Positions 51,630-64,000 of a DNA stretch of 64,000 nt are shown here, piece after piece. This DNA is from Geosiphon pyriformis uo1 (Eukaryota > Fungi > Glomeromycota). Each line of letters opens with the position of its first letter. Position 1 is the stretch's first letter. The stretch lies in the NCBI GenBank assembly GCA_016748015.1, contig JAAOMT010000607.1:620001-684000 (forward strand), written 5' to 3'. The notes under the pieces are model-generated. The model did no database searches. It was not told the origin of the DNA and worked only from the letters and a program-made list of their open reading frames with translations. A program made the position numbers and the translations under genes.

Positions 51630-54600
51630 TAATACTTTATTTTTAATATTTTTAAATAGTATTTATTATTATTATAAAATAATACTTGTTATTAATACTA
51701 TCTGGTAATTATTGTTATGTAAATTATTACTTTTTTAAGATTATTATTGTGTTATATTATAATTAAATAATTTATATTAATTTATAATTTTTATTTAAAA
51801 CATTTTAAAGAATTAATTTTTAATTTAATTAAATAAAAATAAATTTAAAGATCTTTATTTTAAAATTTGCTTATATTTAAAAAAAATTTAAAAGTTTTTA
51901 GTTTATATAATAAAAAATAATATAATATTTTATTAACAAAATTTTTTAAAAAATTAACTTTTAATTTTAATTTTTTTTAACAAAAAATTTTATTTTTACA
52001 TATATTTTTTAAAACACAATATATTTACAAACAATAACTAATTAAAAAAAACTCTCTTATATTGATTTTTTGCTTATAATAAAAGCAAAAAAATTTAAAA
52101 AAAAGTTTATTCTTCTTTTTTTACTCTATATCTGCAATAAACTATTTTTTTTAACATAAATCTATTTATAATTATAGAACTGGTTGATTTTTTGGCTAAA
52201 AATTTGAATATTAATAAAACTAAAATAGAAAATTATATTAATATTAAAAAAAACAAGACATATACATTTATATATTAAGAAGTTTAAACAAAAAGACCAA
52301 AAAACTTACTATTAAGATAAAAGTTATAAACTTATTAAAAAGTTTTTTGATTATAAAATTGCTTAAAAATAATAAAAGATTACATATTATTTCTGAATTA
52401 ATAAAATTAAAAATTAAAAAAACAATATTAATAATATATTTAACATTAAAAATATAAAAAACACAATAATAGAAAAAATAGTTTTATTAAACTAAATAAT
52501 TCTAGTAATAACAAATATATAGATAAAACAATATTATAAAATACAAATATTAGATTTTATAGCTTAAAAAAACTGTCAAAAAAGCTGTTTTTTTATGTTT
52601 TAAGTAATAAAAAAATTTCTGGTTTTCTGTTTTTTAAATTAATTAAACCTATATTATATTTTATAATTTTAGTTAAAAAAAGAAAAAACTTCAATTTTTT
52701 TAAAATTTTATAGTATTATTAAATCTATATTTATTTTTGAATCGAATTTAATAAAGACTAAAAGATTGATTATTAATAATAAAATTTTAATTTGTTAGTT
52801 ATTATGTCCAAAATCAAGTTAATTGTATATAAAATTATCTTTTCAAAATATAACAATAAAGAAAAAACAAAATAAGTTCAATTTATATATAATTTTAGAA
52901 ATTTAGTTAATTAAAATTTTCAGAAAACATTTTAATACACACAAATAAAAATTTAAAACCAATACCATAAAAATATAATTAAATAAAATAATCATATTTT
53001 TTGCTATTTAAGCATTATAAGTTAAAATATAAAAAAAATAACATATTACTAATAATTAAAATCTATATTTTATTATTAAAAAAAACCAAATACAAAATAA
53101 AAATCTGTTATTTTACATATATATATGCAAAATATTGCTTATTAAATACAGAAATATTTTTTTAATACAATTTAATAATTTTCTTTTCAATATATAATTC
53201 TTTAAAACATAATTATTTTATTTGTACTTAATATACAAAAAAAATATTAAACTAATTTAACACAAACTTACATCTTTAAAATCAAATAAATTACTGCTTT
53301 TTTAAAACAATAAAATCAAAATACATTATAGTATATTATATTTATATATAAATAATTAAAATATAAACAATAACATATGTTTTTTTATTATAAAATAATA
53401 AAAAATTATAAAAATTATAAACAGTATTTACTAAAAAAAATGTACAAAAAAATATAATAAAAGTTTTTGAAGTTTTATATTTGTTTGTTAATATTAGTTT
53501 TAACAATATGTATAAAGGTTTTTTTTAAAAGAATTGATTATTTAAAAACAATCAAATCAATAATATTGGTATTTTTAAATTTAATTAGTGTTTTTTGTTA
53601 GAAACCAATTAACTATATTTTAATTGTTTTGATTTTACTAAATTTAAATAATATTAATTTCAACACTAATTTGGAAAAATTAATTAAGATTTTTTTAATA
53701 ATAATTTTTTAATTTGATTTAATATTAATTTTTTTTAGATTAGTATTAATTTTTATTAAAACAACTTGTTATGATTAATATTGTAAACTATTTTTTAATA
53801 TTGTCTATAAATAACTCAAAAGTTTTTATTACCAAAATTAGTGACTTAAAAATCAACTTGTTAGTTTTAAAGAAATTATATTTTTTTTGTTTGAATAGTA
53901 ATTTAATATTTTTATTTTGTTTTTAATAAGTAACTTAGTTTAGAAAATAGCTATATATAATATTAAAAACATAAATGTTTTTGTTAAAATAACAACTTAA
54001 AGCAATTTACATAGTATAAAAAAATTAATTAATTTTATTTTGGTATCTTTTTTTTTATAATAGTATAGTAATAAATAATATTCTAAAAATACAAAACTAT
54101 TTTTTTACTAATTATAAAGCAGTATTTTTTTTGATTGATTTAAGAGGCTTTTTGAATATTTAATTATTTGTTTTGTATAAACAAACTTATAAAAATTATT
54201 AAAAGTTTAACTTTAAGAGAACCAATAATTCTAAGTAAAATAAATTTAAAAAAGTATTATTTCTTTAATTAAAATAATTTCTAATAAATTTTTTGTGATA
54301 AAATCAGTCAGAAATTTGAATTAAATGTAAAATTATTTTAAAAATATTATACTTTTAGCTACAAATAAAACTTGGTTTAATAAATTATTAACAATAAAAA
54401 ATTTTTATTTATTATATTTTTATAATTTAAAACTATTAGTTTCAAAAATTTTTAGGTTTTTTACCTTGTGTTTTAGTAATATTTTTAATTGTTTTATGTT
54501 TACATAAATCAAAAACTCTGTTAGAGTTTTTATTATTTTTAATTTAATGTATAATACTATTAGGTTTTTTATTATTTAACAAATATTAAACAAAATTAAA

Positions 54601-55570
54601 AAAAATATTGATAATTAAAATATTTAGAATTTTATAAAATCAAAAATAAGAAGATTAATATTATTATTAAAAATTTTTGTTAATAACAAAGCTTACATGA
54701 TTTGCAATATATTAGAATGTTTTTTTTACAAGATAATTTTTATTTATTTAATAATTGATAATATTTTTGTCTTAAATTTTATTAATATTAAATTATTTGT
54801 AAATTTAATTATAGAATATTAAATTAAGAAACATATTTTACCTAATATTAAAATTAATTAACAATTAAAAACAATTATAATTACATAAAAAAACTTAAAA
54901 TAAATTATAATATATTATAAATATTAACTAATTATTAACATAATTTAACCAATTTTACCAAAACACTAAATGTATTTTTAATATTAATAACAGAAATATT
55001 TTTAGACATATTATATAAAACAACAACAATAAAAAAAATATAAACTCAAAAACCACCAAAAACTTAACAATTTTAAAAGTAAAAAAAAAACAAAACCAAT
55101 AAGTTTAATTTAAAAAACAGTATTTAAAAAAACTTTAAATTTTATATAAAACAATTTTATATTGTTTTTAAACATTAATTTTGTATTAATAAAACTATTT
55201 ATAAATTAAAAAACAGTTTTAATAAGAACTAATTTGATCTTAAAAATAGTATTAAATATTAAAAAAAAATTATCTATTTAATAAATTTTTAACTTATAAT
55301 TATTTCTTAAATATAATTAAAAACAAAAAAAATTTCAGTTTTTATTTAATTAATTTAATTTTAAAATTAAATAATTTAATAAGTTAATTAATTAAAAACA
55401 TAAACAAAGATGTATTTTGTTTTGTTTTTAAAATTATTAAAGATTAACTAAAAATTAATATATTAAATAATATAACTAAGAGCCAATTTAAATTATAATT
55501 AGTTAATATGTTTTTATAATTATTAATTAAAACAAAAAGTTTATTTTTATTTATATATAATAAATTTTTA
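51630..55570. other. Extremely AT-rich tract, probably end-stage mutated repeat DNA (similar tracts at 34570-35900, 36530-37810 and 62303-62800)
   Basis: Very low G/C content and no ORFs in the track. The origin is inferred from the intermediate decay state seen at 15420-17750. Confidence 0.55.
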
Positions 55571-55712
55571 ATAGAACTTCTTTCTCTTGTTCATCCCATA
55601 ATTCCCAGAAAGAGTCAAAGATTTTTTGAAAGAAGTTTATTTCATTATTCAGTATGATAAAGCCAAACCATTTTTCGATTTTGAGGTCACTGTTGGCCCT
55701 AGTGTTGTTGTC

Positions 55713-57495
55713 ATAAAGAAAATTGCTGAAAATTCTGGTTTTGGTGGTGGTTTCAAACCTGTTTTGTCAAGGAAGAAGAGAAAAAATGTTGCTCTAAAAG
55801 AGGGTGCTGGTGGCAAAAGAGTTCTGACTAGGGTGTCTGGTGCTCATTCTTGGGGTTCTGAGACTGGTAACACCACCGAGTCTGAAAGCATTGATATGGA
55901 GGAGGAATGTCTGGTTAAAGAAACCAGCTTTGACTATGGTCAGAGAGGTGTATTGATTGATGGAAATCATAATAGTATGCCTAAAGGGCCAAGTATTGTA
56001 ACTACTAAAGCATTGGGCAAGCTGTTGGATAAGATAGATTTCTCGGGTCATAATAATAATGATAATGTTCTCTTGGATACCCCTCTGGAACTCCCTCCTT
56101 CTTTGAAGAATTTGGTTCCTGTCTTTGTTAGAAGATTTTTTGCTTTGGATATTGGCTTGGATAAAGTGGTTGGGAAATTCTCTTGAGATAAGCTGACAGT
56201 GGTTAAGAAATTGTTTTCTAAAGTTAATGGTTTTGGGAGGGTCTCTACTCCCTCAAAATTTTCAAGAATTATCCATGCTTCTTTTACTTCCGAATCTAGT
56301 TTGGTGCAGGCTACAGAAAAGACAAAAGTGGCAGATATTTTAGTGAACACCAATCTTAAGAAATCATCTGGTTGCTTAGATCAGGCTGTGGTGGTGAAGA
56401 AAATTCTAGTTGGAACATTAGCTGAGGCTGTGCACACTGCACTTTTTGAATTTGGTTCTGTTGTGTTGATCAAAATGCAATTGGTGAGGCTGTGGCAAAA
56501 GGCTGTGGTTGAATTCATCCAATTGGATCAGGCTGATTTGGTCGCAGATAAGTGGTCCATCTTGATCAGAAAAAATGCCATAAGAGTGGCTAAGGCTAAT
56601 TTGGACAAGAAATTATGGGATACAAGAGATTGGCATAAAGCTTTGCTCTATACATTGCTGATGGGCACTAATACACATGATATCTGGGACTTCATTGGTT
56701 CTGTGGGTGGAAAAACATGTGTCATTAATTGACATCCTGTTACATATGCCCAGGCAAGGTATACTATTGTTTGTTTTGACTCTGCTGCTTCAATTAATGC
56801 TGTTATGGAGATTACACCTGTCTTGAAGGGCACCAATTTGTGGTGGGCTCACCTGGATTCTGCTAAATGTGCCAAGTATGAGAATTTGGGTCATACTTCT
56901 CTGAGCTGTTCTGTGGGCAGAAAAACTTTTCCTGGTGGACTGGCTCACAGGATATTGTCTAAGGATAATAAAAGCAGGCTGGCTTCCATTTATGCAAGAT
57001 GCTTTGCTCCAATCTCCCGTCCTGTGTCTTTTGGTGGTGTCTTATGGGCCAATGTTGTTGGTAGATCTTCTTTTCCTCCTCTCCCTGTTTGCAATAACTC
57101 AGCTTCTTCTGGTTCTTCTTTGAAAATAAAACCTACTCCATTGGTGTTTGTGAAATTAAATGATAGGTTCACTGCTCTTGAGTGTAGTCTTGCCAGCCTT
57201 GTAGAATGCATTGATAAGTTGGCTAAACTTATCTGGGCCAACAGTTTTCTAGCCTAGCCCTGAATGTCAGCCATTGGTGACCCCTTTATCACAGAATCAA
57301 GGGGCAGATATAGTGATGAGTAAGGGTTTAGATGTGACCACTGGTGATAAGGCTACTATAAGAGCAGTGGTTTTTAACCTTTTGGTTATGTTTAAAATGG
57401 AAGAAACTCTAAACAATCTTTTAATAATGGTTATGGGCCTCTTGGCCAAAATGGACAATGCTGGTTTGGTTCCTGCTGCTTCTCTCTCTCAATAA
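55713..57495 (+). pseudogene. LINE C ORF1
   Basis: GFKPVLSRKKRK...SWGSETGNTTESESIDMEEECL shared with copy B; CAKYENLGHTSLSC. Confidence 0.9.
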
Positions 57496-60400
57496 TGGAG
57501 CTGGTGTGGAGATTTGCTATGTGTAATATCCGAGGTATTAATGTCTCTGCCAAGCAGACAGACATTGTTTGTTGGCATAAGGAGTCTGGGAATGTAATAT
57601 TTTTTATTACAGAAACAAAGTTGAGGCCTGGTATTAGGCCTTGGATTATGAACAAGTTGAGGGAGTACATGTTTTTTCTTCTGGATTGGATAAGAGATTT
57701 CTTGGTGCTGGGGTGGCTATTATCATGAACAGTTCTTTGGCTCGTTATGTTTTCAAGATTGAGGACATTCCTGGTCAGGTTATTTCAGTATGGCTTCTGT
57801 TTAAAGGCAAGCTTTCTGTTATAGTTTTGGGCTTGTACGCTGGTGCTTTTGCTACAGACAAATTTGGTCAGGCTTCAGTAATCAACTCTTTTATTGCTAA
57901 GGCTGTTAATTCTAGCACATTTGTGGTTTTTGGTGGAGATTTCAATGAAAATGGCTCTAAGAAAAGTGCAAGCTTCAAGTTTTGTTTGGATTTTGGTTTG
58001 GTTAATTTGTTTACTGGGCATCCACTTGTTAATGTTTCTATCTGGAGCAACTTGAGAAGTGTTGTAAAAACTATTAATTTTATTTTTGTGAGTAAAAGTC
58101 TGTCTTCTGTGGTGGCTAGTCATCAGATTGAACCTGCTTCTGATTTCTTTGATACTAATCACAATGCTATTTCAGTCTTGATTGGCTTGGGTGGTCTGCT
58201 GAATACTGGCCTTAATAGTGTACATAAGCAAGCTAATAGGAATAGGTGGAAATTCAAAATCAAGGATGTTGGTATTGATAAGTGGTTGCATTTTAAAAAA
58301 TGCTCACTGGTCAGATTTTTGGCTAAGTTTGCTGAGTTTAACAGTGCAAAAGTTAATGGGAATTTGGATGCTATGTGAATAATCATTAAAAACGTGGTGG
58401 TTGGGACTACTGATAAAGTGTTCTTTAGATGCTGGTTTAGTAAGCTAGATTGCTCAAGGAATAAACATTTATCAAAATTTTTCAAACTGGAATTGTTGGT
58501 AGCCAAGTTGGTGAAGTGTTTAAGATTACCTGGCAGTCCTGAGACTGATCGCTTAATCCAGACTTGGTTTAGGATTGATGAGAAAGAGACTTCTGGTTTG
58601 CATAATATGATTAATGACAGTGCGAGTTTGGACTCTATTTTATGTCATTTGTCAAGTATCAAGAAAAAGTACTGCAGATTCAAATACATTGAATCCAGAA
58701 TTGCAAGAAATATATTTATCAGGAAGGTGATTGAGAAATGCATGGAAAACTTTAGTTCCAATAAAAGGCAGATGATTAAAAGTGTTTTGGAGCATCCATT
58801 CCACAAAGTGGTGCTTGACCATTTAGTCGTAGATAATGATCTGATATTGTTGCCTAATAAGGTTAAGTTTATAGTTGATAATATTATGGAAGGGTGGACA
58901 AGGAAGCGTGCGATCCCCGACTTTATTCCCACTCAATAGTCTAATTAGTATGCTCCTCTGAATTATGTTGACAACAATGCTTTTTGTAATGTTATGAGTA
59001 ATATCAGTTCTAATGAGTTTTTTCGGGTGATCAAAAGTTTGCCTAATGGGAAAGCTGCTGGTCTTTCTGGCATTTCTAATGAACTTTGGAAACATGGTGA
59101 TGAGCTGATTCTGGGTGGTTTGCTAGATATTACTAATGCTTGTTTGGTCTTTGGTGCTGTACTTGCACAATAAAAATGAGCTTGGGTCTCTATGATACCA
59201 AAATTGTATAACTGGAAGGAAACTCTCACCAATACTAAACTGATTGCTTTGATTGAAACAGCCTGGAAGATACTTTCCAAAATTTTATCTGACAAGATCT
59301 CTTCAGCATGCAGTAAGTTCAATGTGTTACATGGTAACAACTTCTCAGTCTTAAAAAGAATGTCTACTCAAACTCCAATTTTCGCTGTTGGTTTGATTGT
59401 TGAGGATGTACTGGAAAAAAATAGGGAGTTGTGACTAGTTCTCCAGAATATGAAAAAAGCATATGACTCTGTTGGGTGGTTTCACATACTGAACAGTTTG
59501 ACCAGGATTAAGATGTGTCTCTGTTTTATTAAGTTCTTTGGTGGCATACCAATTAGGTGATAACAGATTTTGGGCTCACATGAGGCTATGTTGTTCATGA
59601 TAGTCTTGATTAGAGAGAAGTTTTCTTGCCATTGTTGTGAAGAATTTTTTATGACTCTTTGCTATACAAAGTCAAGAAACATGAAGAATTGTATAAATAC
59701 AGATTGGACTCAAAATTTTTTTTTTAGATCTAGCAGGCGGGATCCCAAGGGTGAGTGGACTTCATTTCTGGCAGCTAGGGTTTTTGTTGATGACACTATT
59801 TGGATTGGTAATAGCAGGACTGCTATTCAGAATATTCTGAATATAGCTAGTGAGTTTTTTCAGGTCAATAACATTTCAATCAACACAGATAAAACAGTTG
59901 CCATTCTGATCAATTAAAAAGTGGAGTGCTCTTAGCTGCAGATTAGTGGGTCCAATATCCTGATTGCTAAGAGAAATGAATCTTATAGATACTTAGAAAT
60001 TTTTTTGTCTACAGGTGGTCTTTCCAAACCCAGCCTAAGCAAGGCCCATTTGGACATTAGGTTTTTTATGAACATGGTTTTGAGAAAGGCTGTTTCAAAA
60101 AAACAGTTTTTGTATTTGGTGTTGGCAGTACTTCAGCCCATAGTTTGTTACAGAATTCAGTTTACTTATGTGCTCCTGGGTGTGTGTGAAAAATGGAACA
60201 GATTGTTGAGAAAGAGCTTGAAACTCAAAGCTAACTTACCTAGAGACTTTCCCAATGAAGCATTATACCATCCTAAGTTGTATGGTTTGAAGTCATTCAG
60301 TTGTTTGCAGGCTGAGTGCTTGCTAGCTAACTTGGTTAATTTTGCTAACTCAATGGGCATCCTTGGCAGACTGTTCAAACATAAGACTTTGGATCTACAG

Positions 60401-62169
60401 GCCGTTAGTTGAATGCCCCAACAACCCTTAAGTTTTCTGGTCACATTGTTGATCGATTCCACAAACTGCTTTCTGGTTGACATGACCAACACATTGGTGT
60501 CATATGGATCTTTTTTGATCAATGATGTCCCTAATGTTTTTTGATCTGGCATCAGAGTTCCTGTTGTGAATATATTGGGTGTTAAAACTTACTTGAGTGT
60601 AGTTAAGTCACTACAAAAGTTCGGCATTGTCTTTGCAAACTAGCTTCTGAACTGTCACAGTGCATGCTTCAAGTGGAGCATATTTTGCAGATAGAAGAGA
60701 TTGAATCCCAGGGGCCATGCTCCTGATTGGTTTGTTTCTACAGTTAAGTTTATTGAGAACAGTAGTATGAATGGTAATAATGCTGTTGTTTGTCATTTCA
60801 CTCCAAGTAAATCCTTGTACAATTTTGGGTTCACTAATAAATGTCTTGCACAGTTTGGATCTGGTATTATAAACATTTATACTAATGGCTCGGTTAAGAA
60901 TTTGGGGTCTGTGGATGCTTGCGATAATGCCACTACTTACTTCCTGTGTGCCAACTTAGATGTGAGTGTTAGGGTTTACAGTTTGCTGTCTTTGACTCTT
61001 GCAGAACTGCAAACTATTGCCCTTGCTTTGGACTGTGTTCCTGCTTTGAGCTCTGTTGTCTTGCACACAGATAGCCAGGCCTTTTTAGATATATGTGCTT
61101 TTCTGGACTGTTTTGTTAACTCCAATTTTCATGAAAAGTGCTGGATTAAGAAGGAACACATCTGTTCTGCTATTACTTCTAAGAATCTGTCAGTTGCTTG
61201 AGTCAAGGTCAAAAGTTACTCTGGGATTGTTGGCAATGAGCATGCCAACTTTTTTGCAGATGCTGCCACCAATTCAAAGTTTGTGCTGCCTATTGGTGTG
61301 GTGCATTGCTTTTCTTGTTGTTGAGGACAGACCTGTATCAAGTAATGTTTGCCACTTTGTGAGGCATTTGTTTGATGCTGTTAATTTTGTTGAATGGGAA
61401 TCTAGGTGTGTTGGATATGCTGTGAATTTTGATTTCAATGTGTATTTTGATATGTGCTGGACATTTAAAGTTTGACATCCAGATGGTAGTATTCACTCAG
61501 GCTTTTCTAGCTCTGCCTCTGCAGCACTCAGGTCTTATTTTATGAAGGCCTTACACTATTGTCTGTCTACTGCTAAAAGGAAGAGAGTATATAAGTCGAG
61601 TTATTCTAGCATTTTGTGCATCCACTGCAGTCTTACCAATGATTCTGATTATGCGTTTTTATGTGAAAAGGATTCTAATGCCAAGAAGAAATTGATTTCT
61701 AATATGGTTAACAATTGGGCTGACATACTGGGCACTAACTATGCTGAGTACTCTGTGGTCTAATCTCTGTAAATGGCTGAATTGTCCAACCACTTGTATA
61801 TGACTTTAGCCAAAAAGTTTTGTGATAAAGAATTGGGTGAATGAGACCATGAGTGTGTTGGGTTCTGGATCCGATAGGGAAACATTGATCATTAACATGG
61901 TCTGTAACTTTGCTGCAGACCACAGATCTGCTATCTGGGTGCCGAATGCCAGGCTGAAGGCATATTATGAAAAGCACAGCCTTTTGCCAAGGAATGGATC
62001 TTTGGCACCTGCTGTTTCTGAATTGGCCTCTCAGTAATCTTATAGAAAGATTTGTGATTTTGGTGTCAAATTGGGTATTCATATGTGTTTTGGCTTACAT
62101 TTTGGGTTGGCGAATTTGCATTTTGGTTTCTTGTGTAACTTCTCTGTCATGGGTAATTTAGGTATGTAG
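57495..62169 (+). pseudogene. LINE C ORF2 (APE-RT-RNase H-CCHC)
   Basis: CNIRG, GGDFN, VFVDDTIW, IYTNGS...AELQTI...TDSQA and CIHCSLTNDSDYAFLC. Confidence 0.93.
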
Positions 62170-62799
62170 TGTTGCCTTGATTGGCCTAAGTGGCTGGTCA
62201 TGTGTAGAAAGAGCATGAGCCATGCTTAATTTAGGGTCCTGTTTGATTTTATGTGTTTAGATAGTAATTGGGCTGCACTCGTTAAATCAAATAAAAAAAA
62301 AATTATATATATAATAAAACTAAATATTATAATTAATATAAATAATATAAAATTAATAAAAAAGCCAAAAAAACAAATAAAACCAAAACTTTATTTTTTA
62401 TAAAAAAAAAGTTGGTTTTAAGATATTAAAAATAATACCAAAAACACCAAAAAAATTTTAACACTTTAAAAAAGTTATTATTCAACATAATAAAAAACTA
62501 AAAAAATTGTTTTTTAACTAATTTGGTTTTAAATAATAATAAAAAAACAAAAAAAAAATAATTTAATTATTGGTTTTTTATTAAATATTTTTAGGTTTTT
62601 AATTAAGACAAATTATATTAAAACTATCTTAAATAAACTTTTTTAATAAAACTTTAAAAAAAAAACATTACTTAAAAATAAAAAAAATATTTTAAATTAA
62701 AAAACATTTTTATAAAATATTATTAAATGGTTTTTACAGCTGTAAGTATTTTATTAATCTTAATTGTTTTAGAAAATAAAAGAATTACAACTTTTTTAA

Positions 62800-64000
62800 T
62801 TTTTTTTTTTTTATAAGATTAATAAGTAAAGTCCAACTATTATCTAGTACATATAACCAAACTAAGTAGAAAAAACTAAATATAGTTTACATACTTACTA
62901 CATGTGGCTAGTCACTCATGTCAGACAAGGCAACATTATATAACTATGCTAACAAACATATCATTATCTAAACCTGAAAAAAAATGATATATTCTGTGTC
63001 TATCAAAACTAACAGCAAAAAATTTCATAATATCAAGCATATAAACTATCCTATTTAATAACAAAAACACCACACAATGAGACAAGTTTGAAACCAAATT
63101 ATTATTACTGACCAAACCAGTCTTTTTTATATTTACTCTATGCTTAGATTTAACAAACTACACTTTGGCATAATATAATTTCACTACAAACCTAATGTAT
63201 TCAACAAAAGCCAGAGTAGTTTTTTTTCTTCTTTCAAAGATCAAAATAGTCTTAGCAAGCCAATTTTCCAACACAAAGCTTTTGTAAATCACAGCATAAA
63301 GATATATATTTAAAGAACACATTAAAAGCAAATGCAAAACAGCTGAAGCAGATGAGCAAAAAGGACCTGTTAATAATGTTTATTTTGTAACAGTTTCAGC
63401 CAAGATGTTCTTATGGAGACTAATGTTGCCAGAACAAATAAAAACATTATCAAACAACTCTATTTTACTATACAGCAAACACAGCACCCCAAGATAATTT
63501 TTGTTATATAATCCCTTTCTAACTACTATTGACAGCCATCTATGTGCTGTTTTTATCAAATATATATGCAAATTAGCTGATTTTCTATTAGTAAATTCAG
63601 ACAGTATGTACAAATCAAATTGCCAAATTTTTGTAATAATAGCCCAATCTATTTTCCTAATTATAGCACTTGGAATTATATCATAACCAAGACCAGCCTT
63701 TTAATAAACACAGCAAATCAACTGGTGTAAATCACAACAAAATAACAAGTATTACCAAATACAGCAGTATTTTTAGCAACCAAAAACCATTCCCAAATTT
63801 TATGTGGCAAAAAAAAAAAAAAGTGGCTTTACCAGCCAACATATTAGCTCTAACATTGTTTAAAATTTCTGAATGTTTCTTAACTTTTACTTAATTAACC
63901 AAAATGTTTTTATTTTTAATAAAATTAGCTATATGCAATCTTTTTATTCAACATTGATTGTGGAAGTCAGGAACAGCAAACAAAACTTTAGATACACAAA
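62800..64000 (-). mobile_element. LINE copy D, 3' portion (RNase H end, CCHC, tail, poly(A)), more decayed; continues beyond the window
   Basis: The minus strand reads VKVKKHSEILNNVRANMLA and YLIKTAHRWL...RKGLYNKNY.GVLCLL. A tail variant lies at 62813-62945 and a T tract at 62800-62812. Confidence 0.88.

Larger units (their letters stand above)
55577..62302 (+). mobile_element. Full-length LINE copy C (divergent ORF2 family)
   Basis: 5' UTR like copy B; ORF1 ~55713-57495; ORF2 57495-62169; conserved tail and poly(A). Confidence 0.95.

Overview
This is eukaryotic, AT-rich, transposon-dense DNA. The style suggests a fungus of the Glomeromycota/Mucoromycota, possibly Geosiphon-like; that is an inference. 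A single ~6 kb CpG-retaining gene island (28.1-34.2 kb) holds a multi-intron TFIIIC tau131/TFC4 gene and a divergently transcribed EI24/UsgS-like membrane protein gene. Everything else recognisable is decayed mobile DNA. It includes six copies or fragments of RNase H-containing LINEs (ORF1 = RRM + CCHC; ORF2 = APE-RT-RNH-CCHC). It also has a full-length Ty3/Gypsy element carrying a dUTPase, Cys-rich inserts and an extra 3' ORF, plus a relic of the same family, three clean solo LTRs and one degraded one, and a Tc1/IS630-type DNA transposon. Five points stand out. (1) An ORF1-only, poly(A)-tailed retroelement with no ORF2 carries the LINE 3' tail (a 'half-LINE'). (2) A structured, apparently pseudoknotted 3'-terminal RNA element with compensatory changes is shared by divergent LINE families and non-autonomous partners. 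(3) Repeats show C:G>T:A hypermutation in all dinucleotide contexts, while the genes are spared. (4) ORF1 and ORF2 modules are swapped between LINE families, and the stop/start overlap is conserved. (5) All clean LTR insertions have 4-bp RYRY target duplications. Coordinates were read by eye.
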